DNA of 64,000 nucleotides from Azolla caroliniana (taxonomy: Eukaryota; Plantae; Polypodiophyta), in NCBI GenBank assembly GCA_043228905.1, contig JBHGNT010000054.1:62001-126000 (forward strand). The letters run 5' to 3'. The notes beneath the pieces were generated by a model. That model was not told where the DNA came from and did no database searches. It saw only the letters and a list, made by a program, of their open reading frames with translations. Both the position numbers and the translations under genes were made by a program. Shown piece by piece: positions 56,511 through 64,000 of this stretch (position 1 is the first letter of the stretch; the number at the start of each line of letters is the position of its first letter).

Positions 56511-57959
56511 TAGATTCCTCGTGTGATATCGGATTTTGGTGTTTAAACATGCGAATCGAAGGTAACGAATATAGCCATGATATGGAATTAAAAAATAAAG
56601 ATTTTGAAACTCAGGTCGAGAGACATGAAGAAAAAAGCAATTTTGAGGAAGGCGTCGACAAGAGCGCCACAATGAATGAAAATGCTCATAGATGGCTCGT
56701 GTGATATCGGATTTTATTGTTTAAACATGCGAATCGAAGGTAACGAATCTAGCCATGATATGGAATTAAAAAATCAAGATTTTGAAACTCAAGTGGAGAG
56801 ACATGAAGGAAAAAGCAAATTTGAGGAAGCCGTCGACAAGAGCGCCACAATGAATGAAAATGTTAATAGATTCCTCATGTGATATCGGATTTTGGTGTTT
56901 AAACATGCGAATCGAAGGTAACGAATCTAGCCATGATATGGAATTAAAAAATAAAGAATTTGATACTCATATCGAGAGACATGAAGAAAAATGCAATTTT
57001 GAGGTAGGCGTAGACAAGAGCGCCTCACTGACTAAAAATGTTCATAGATGGCTCGTTTGATATCGGATTTTGGTGTTTAAACATGCAAATCGAAGGTACC
57101 GAAACTAGCCATGATATCGAATTAAAAAATCAAGATTTTGCAACTCAGGTCGAGAGACATGAAGAAAAAAGCAATTTTGAGGAAGGCGTAGACAAGAGCG
57201 CCTCACTGACTGAAAATGTTCCTAGATGGCTTGTGTGATATCGGATTTTGGTGTTTAAACATGCGAATCGAAGGTAACGAATATAGCCATGATATGGAAT
57301 TGAAAAATCAAGATTTAAAAACTCAGGTCGAGAGACATAAAGAAAAAAGCAATTTTGAGGAAGGCGTAGACAAGAGCGCCTCACTGACTGAAAATGTTCC
57401 TAGATGGCTTGTGTGATATCGGATTTTGGTGTTTAAACCTGCGAATCGAAGGTAACGAATATAGCCATGATATGGAATTGAAAAATCAAGATTTAAAAAC
57501 TCAGGTCCAGAGACATGAAGTAAAAAGCAAATTTAAGGAAGCTGTCGACATGAGCGCCTCACTGACTAAAAATGTTCATAGATGGCTCGTCTGATATCGG
57601 GTTTTGGTGTTTAAACATGCGAATTGAAGGTAACGAATATAGCCATGATATGGAATTGAAAAATAAAGATTTAAAAACTCAGGTCGAGAGACATAAAGTA
57701 AAAACGAAATTTAAGGAAGGCGTCGACAAGAGCGCCTCAATGGATGAAAAGGTTCATAGATTCCTCGTGTGATATCGGATTTTGGTGTTTAAACATGCGA
57801 ATCGAAGGTAACGAATATAGCCATGATATGGAATTAAAAAATAAAGAATTTGATACTCATATCGAGAGACATGAAGAAAAAAGCAATTTTGAGGTAGGCG
57901 GAGACAAGAGCGCCTCACTGACTAAAAATGTTCATAGATGGCTCGTGTGATATCGAATT

Positions 57960-60900
57960 TTGGTGTTTAAACATGCAAATCGAAGGTAACGAAACTAGCC
58001 ATGATATCGAATTAAAAAATCAAGATTTTGCAACTCAGGTCGAGAGACATGATGAAAAAAGCAATTTTGAGGAAGGCGTAGACAAGAGCGCCTCACTGAC
58101 TGAAAATGTTCATAGATGGCTTGTGTGATATCGGATTTTGGTGTTTAAACATGCGAATCGAAGGTAACGAATAAAGCCATGATATGGAATTGAAAAATCA
58201 AGATTTAAAACTCAGGTCGAGAGACATAAAGAAAAAAGCAATTTTGAGGAAGGCATAGACAAGAGCGCCTCACTGACTGAAAATGTTCATAGATGGCTTG
58301 TGTGATATCGGATTTTGGTGTTTAAACATGCGAATCGAAGGTAACGAAACTAGCCATGATATGGAATTGAAAAATGAAGATTTAAAAACTCAGCTCCAGA
58401 GACATGAAGTAAAAAGCAAATTTAAGGAAGTCGTCGACAAGAGCGCCACAATGAATGAAAATGTTAATAGATGGCTCGTGTGATATCGGATTTTGGTGTT
58501 TAAACATGCGAATCGAAGGTAACGAAACTAGCCATGATATGGAATTAAAAAATCAAGATTTTCAAACTCAAGTCGAGAGACATGAAGAAAAAAGCAATTT
58601 TGAGGAAGGCGTAGACAAGTGCGCCTCACTGACTGAAAATGTTCATAGATGGCTCGTGTGATATCGGATTTTGGTGTTTAAACATGCGAATCGAAGGTAA
58701 CGAATATAGCCACGACATGGAATTGAAAAATCAAGATTTTGAAACTCAAGTCGAGAGACATGAAGAAAAAAGCAATTTTGAGGAAGGCGTAGAGAAGAGC
58801 GCCTCACTGACTTAAAATGTTCCTAGTCGGCTTGTGTGATATCGGATTTTGGTGTTTAAACATGCGAATCGAAGGTAACGAAATTAGCCATGATATCGAA
58901 TTAAAAAATCAAGATTTTGCAACTCAGGTCGAGAGACATGAAGAAAAAAGCAATTTTGAGGAAGGCGTAGACAAGAGCGCCTCACTGACTGAAAATGTTC
59001 ATAGATGGCTTGTGTGATATCGGATTTTGGTGTTTAAACATGCGAATCGAAGGTAACAAAACTAGCCATGATATGGAATTGAAAAATGAAGATTTAAATA
59101 CTCAGGTCCAGAGACATGAAGTAAAAAGCAAATTTAAGGAAGCCGTCGACAAGAGCGCCAGAATGAATGAAAATGTTAATAGATGGCTCGTGTGATATCG
59201 GATTTTGGTGTTTAAACATGCGAATCGAAGGTAACGAAACTAGCCATGATATGGAATTAAAAAATCAAGATTTTCAAACTCAAGTCGAGAGACATGAAGA
59301 AAAAAGCAATTTTGAGGAAGGCGTAGACAAGTGCGCCTCACTGACTGAAAATGTTCATAGATGGCTCGTGTGATATCGGATTTTGGTGTTTAAACATGCG
59401 AATCGAAGGTAACGAATATAGCCACGACATGGAATTGAAAAATCAAGATTTTGAAACTCAAGTCGAGAGACATGAAGAAAAAAGCAATTTTGAGGAAGGC
59501 GTAGACAAGAGCGCCTCACTGACTTAAAATGTTCCTAGATGGCTTGTGTGATATCGGATTTTGGTGTTTAAACATGCGAATCGAAGGTAACGAAACTAGC
59601 CATGATATCGAATTAAAAAATCAAGATTTTGCAACTCAGGTCGAGAGACATGATGAAAAAAGCAATTTTGAGGAAGGCGTAGACAAGAGCGCCTCACTGA
59701 CTGAAAATGTTCATAGATGGCTTGTGTGATATCGGATTTTGGTGTTTAAACATGCGAATCGAAGGTAACGAATAAAGCCATGATATGGAATTGAAAAATC
59801 AAGATTTAAAAACTCAGGTCGAGAGACATAAAGAAAAAAGCAATTTTGAGGAAGGCGTAGACAAGAGCGCCTCACTGACTGAAAATGTTCATAGATGGCT
59901 TGTGTGATATCGGATTTTGGTGTTTAAACATGCGAATCGAAGGTAACGAAACTAGCCATGATATGGAATTGAAAAATGAAGATTTAAAAACTCAGGTCCA
60001 GAGACATGAAGTAAAAAGCAAATTTAAGGAAGCCGTCGACAAGAGCGCCACAATGAATGAAAATGTTAATAGATGGCTCGTGTGATATCGGATTTTGGTG
60101 TTTAAACATGCGAATCGAAGGTAACGAATATAGCCACGACATGGAATTGAAAAATCAAGATTTTGAAACTCAAGTCGAGAGACATGAAGAAAAAAGCAAT
60201 TTTGAGGAAGGCGTAGACAAGAGCGCCTCACTGACTTAAAATGTTCCTAGATGGCTTGTGTGATATCGGATTTTGGTGTTTAAACATGCGAATCGAAGGT
60301 AACGAAACTAGCCATGATATCGAATTAAAAAATCAAGATTTTGCAACTCAGGTCGAGAGACATGATGAAAAAAGCAATTTTGAGGAAGGCGTAGACAAGA
60401 GCGCCTCACTGACTGAAAATGTTCATAGATGGCTTGTGTGATATCGGATTTTGGTGTTTAAACATGCGAATCGAAGGTAACGAATAAAGCCATGATATGG
60501 AATTGAAAAATCAAGATTTAAAAACTCAGGTCGAGAGACATAAAGAAAAAAGCAATTTTGAGGAAGGCGTAGACAAGAGCGCCTCACTGACTGAAAATGT
60601 TCATAGATGGCTTGTGTGATATCGGATTTTGGTGTTTAAACATGCGAATCGAAGGTAACGAAACTAGCCATGATATGGAATTGAAAAATGAAGATTTAAA
60701 AACTCAGGTCCAGAGACATGAAGTAAAAAGCAAATTTAAGGAAGCCGTCGACAAGAGCGCCACAATGAATGAAAATGTTAATAGATGGCTCGTGTGATAT
60801 CGGATTTTGGTGTTTAAACATGCGAATCGAAGGTAACGAAACTAGCCATGATATGGAATTAAAAAATCAAGATTTTCAAACTCAAGTCGAGAGACATGAA

Positions 60901-62135
60901 GAAAAAAGCAATTTTGAGGAAGGCGTAGACAAGTGCGCCTCACTGACTGAAAATGTTCATAGATGGCTCGTGTGATATCGGATTTTGGTGTTTAAACATG
61001 CGAATCGAAGGTAACGAATATAGCCACGACATGGAATTGAAAAATCAAGATTTTGAAACTCAAGTCGAGAGACATGAAGAAAAAAGCAATTTTGAGGAAG
61101 GCGTAGAGAAGAGCGCCTCACTGACTTAAAATGTTCCTAGATGGCTTGTGTGATATCGGATTTTGGTGTTTAAACATGCGAATCGAAGGTAACGAAATTA
61201 GCCATGATATCGAATTAAAAAATCAAGATTTTGCAACTCAGGTCGAGAGACATGAAGAAAAAAGCAATTTTGAGGAAGGCGTAGACAAGAGCGCCTCACT
61301 GACTGAAAATGTTCATAGATGGCTTGTGTGATATCGGATTTTGGTGTTTAAACATGCGAATCGAAGGTAACGAAACTAGCCATGATATGGAATTGAAAAA
61401 TGAAGATTTAAATACTCAGGTCCAGAGACATGAAGTAAAAAGCAAATTTAAGGAAGCCGTCGACAAGAGCGCCAGAATGAATGAAAATGTTAATAGATGG
61501 CTCGTGTGATATCGGATTTTGGTGTTTAAACATGCGAATCGAAGGTAACGAAACTAGCCATGATATGGATTTAAAAAATCAAGATTTTCAAACTCAAGTC
61601 GAGAGACATGAAGAAAAAAGCAATTTTGAGGAAGGCGTAGACAAGTGCGCCTCACTGACTGAAAATGTTCATAGATGGCTCGTGTGATATCGGATTTTGG
61701 TGTTTAAACATGCGAATCGAAGGTAACGAATATAGCCACGACATGGAATTGAAAAATCAAGATTTTGAAACTCAAGTCGAGAGACATGAAGAAAAAAGCA
61801 ATTTTGAGGAAGGCGTAGACAAGAGCGCCTCACTGACTTAAAATGTTCCTAGATGGCTTGTGTGATATCGGATTTTGGTGTTTAAACATGCGAATCGAAG
61901 GTAACGAAACTAGCCATGATATCGAATTAAAAAATCAAGATTTTGCAACTCAGGTCGAGAGACATGATGAAAAAAGCAATTTTGAGGAAGGCGTAGACAA
62001 GAGCGCCTCACTGACTGAAAATGTTCATAGATGGCTTGTGTGATATCGGATTTTGGTGTTTAAACATGCGAATCGAAGGTAACGAATAAAGCCATGATAT
62101 GGAATTGAAAAATCAAGATTTAAAAACTCAGGTCC
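57960..62135. repeat. 13-monomer HOR (2314 bp, about 1.8 copies) built from nested 4-/5-monomer subunits
   Basis: Private variants recur at +2314 (agagaagagc in 58639/60953, gaaattagcc 58817/61131, taaatactc and gccagaatg 58995/61309, 59529/61843). Internal +712 matches: 58455/59167, 59529/60241, 59885/60597. Confidence 0.88.
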
Positions 62136-64000
62136 AGAGACATAAAGAGAAAAGCAAATTTGAGGAAGGCGTAGACAAGAGCGCCTCACTGAATGAAAAT
62201 GTTCATAGATGGCTTGTGTGATATCGGATTTTGGTGTTTAAACATGCGAATCGAAGGTAACGAATATAGCCACGACATGGAATTGAAAAATCAAGATTTT
62301 GAAACTCAAGTCGAGAGACATAAAGTAAAAAGCAAATTTAAGGAAGGTGTCGACAAGAGCGCCACAATGAATGAAAATGCACATAGATTGCTCGTGTGAT
62401 ATCGGATTTTGGTGTTTAAACATGCGAATCGAAGGTAACGAATATAGCCATGATATGGAATTGAAAAATCAAGATTTAAAAACTCTGGTCGAGAGACATG
62501 AAGTGAAAAGCAAATTTACGGAAGGCGTAGACAAGAGCGCCTCAATGGATAAAAATGTTCATAGATTCCTCGTGTGATATCGGATTTTGGTGTTTAAACA
62601 TGCGAATCGAAGGTAACGAATATAGCCATGATATGGAATTAAAAAATAAAGATTTTGAAACTCAGGTCGAGAGACATGAAGAAAAAAGCAATTTTGAGGA
62701 AGGCGTCGACAAGAGCGCCACAATGAATGAAAATGATCATAGATTGCTCGTGTGATATCGGATTTTGTTGTTTAAACATGCGAATCGAAGGTAACGAATC
62801 TAGCCATGATATGGAATTAAAAAATCAAGATTTTGAAACTCAAGTGGAGAGACATGAAGGAAAAAGCAAATTTGAGGAAGCCGTCGACAAGAGCGCCACA
62901 ATGAATGAAAATGTTAATAGATTCCTCATGTGATATCGGATTTTGGTGTTTAAACATGCGAATCGAAGGTAACGAATCTAGCCATGATATAGAATTGAAA
63001 AATCAAGATTTAAAAACTCAGGTCGAGAGACATAAAGAAAAAAGCAATTTTGAGGAAGGCGTAGACAAGAGCGCCTCACTGACTCAAAATGTTCCTAGAT
63101 GGCTTGTGTGATATCGGATTTTGGTGTTTAAACCTGCGAATCGAAGGTAACGAATATAGCCATGATATGGAATTGAAAAATCAAGATTTAAAAACTCAGG
63201 TCCAGAGACATGAAGTAAAAAGCAAATTTAAGGAAGCCGTCGACAAGAGCGCCTCACTGACTAAAAATGTTCATAGATGGCTCGTGTGATATCGGGTTTT
63301 GGTGTTTAAACATGCGAATTGAAGGTAACGAATATAGCCATGATATGGAATTGAAAAATCAAGATTTAAAAACTCAGGTCGAGAGACATAAAGTAAAAAG
63401 GAAATTTAAGGAAGGCGTCGACAAGAGCGCCTCAATGGATGAAAAGGTTCATAGATTCCTCGTGTGATATCGGATTTTGGTGTTTAAACATGCGAATCGA
63501 AGGTAACGAATATAGCCATGATATGGAATTAAAAAATCAAGATTTAAAAACTCAGGTCCAGAGACATGAAGTAAAAAGCAAATTTAAGGAAGGCGTAGAC
63601 AAGAGCGCCTCAATGGATAAAAATGTTCATAGATTCCTCGTGTGATATCGGATTTTGGTGTTTAAACATGCGAATCGAAGGTAACGAATATAGCCATGAT
63701 ATGGAATTAAAAAATAAAGATTTTGAAACTCAGGTCGAGAGACATGAAGAAAAAAGCAATTTTGAGGAAGGCGTAGACAAGAGCGCCTCACTGACTGAAA
63801 ATGTTCCTAGATGCCTTGTGTGATATCGGATTTTGGTGTTTAAACCTGCGAATCGAAGGTAACGAATATAGCCATGATATGGAATTGAAAAATGAAGATT
63901 TAAAAACTCAGGTCCAGAGACATGAAGTAAAAAGCAAATTTAAGGAAGCCGTCGACAAGAGCGCCACAATGAATGAAAATGTTAATAGATGGCTCGTGTG

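Larger units (their letters stand above)
1..64000. repeat. 178-bp tandem satellite DNA array (putative centromeric/pericentromeric satellite; family not identified)
   Basis: The same unit recurs every 178 bp (ATG anchors at 57, 235, 413, 591 ...) across the whole window with no unique sequence or inversion. Consensus read by eye: atgttcatagatggctcgtgtgatatcggattttggtgtttaaacatgcgaatcgaaggtaacgaatatagccatgatatggaattgaaaaatcaagattttgaaactcaggtcgagagacatgaagaaaaaagcaattttgaggaaggcgtagacaagagcgcctcactgactgaaa. Centromeric status is inferred only from the nucleosome-sized monomer and HOR organisation. Confidence 0.99.

Noticed and set aside
327-62423. Minus-strand ORFs (MRRSCLRLPQ... and others)
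   Set aside because: Chance antisense read-through that depends on which monomer alleles are adjacent; no evidence of coding function.
57-63823. Hundreds of similar 60-79 aa + strand ORFs (MFIDGSCDIGFWCLNMRIEG...) resembling a tandem small-protein or variable cassette array
   Set aside because: Each is one monomer plus 23 bp of the next, shifting frame because 178 is not a multiple of 3. There is no intergenic space or regulatory signal, common variants are mostly non-synonymous, and nonsense or frameshift alleles (gaataaagcc, catgtgaa, gcctaa, acttaa, 1-bp indels) are amplified freely in the HORs. No protein family is recognisable.
1-64000. CRISPR-like or other repeat-spacer array
   Set aside because: No unique spacers; the entire unit is repeated, and there are no cas genes, leader, integrase or reverse transcriptase in the window.
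1-64000. Identity with Arabidopsis CEN178/CEN180, or a 5S rDNA or tRNA tandem array
   Set aside because: Only the length matches CEN178. No 5S rRNA or tRNA sequence or Pol III boxes are recognisable.

Overview
The whole 64 kb window is one uninterrupted, head-to-tail satellite DNA array with a 178-bp monomer (about 360 units, all in the same orientation, about 39% GC by hand count). It is most consistent with a eukaryotic centromeric or pericentromeric satellite, but I cannot assign it to a named family or species. I see no genes, RNA genes, transposons or CRISPR array. The hundreds of 60-84 aa ORFs are a by-product of the repeat. The informative structure is inside the array: (1) layered higher-order repeats (HORs): a 19-mer of 3382 bp, a 50-mer of 8901/8902 bp, a 4983-bp unit, and a 13-mer of 2314 bp with nested 4-mers; (2) a change in monomer variants at about 30 kb; (3) the monomer appears to be a diverged dimer of about 89-bp halves; (4) two recurrent microhomology-bounded deletions of 92 and 86 bp that sum to exactly 178 bp and mostly alternate, so the array shifts about half a monomer out of register and then returns exactly to phase; (5) two unique complex junctions (44.7 kb and 50.8 kb) and a conversion-like tract. 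All coordinates and counts are from manual reading and should be confirmed by alignment.
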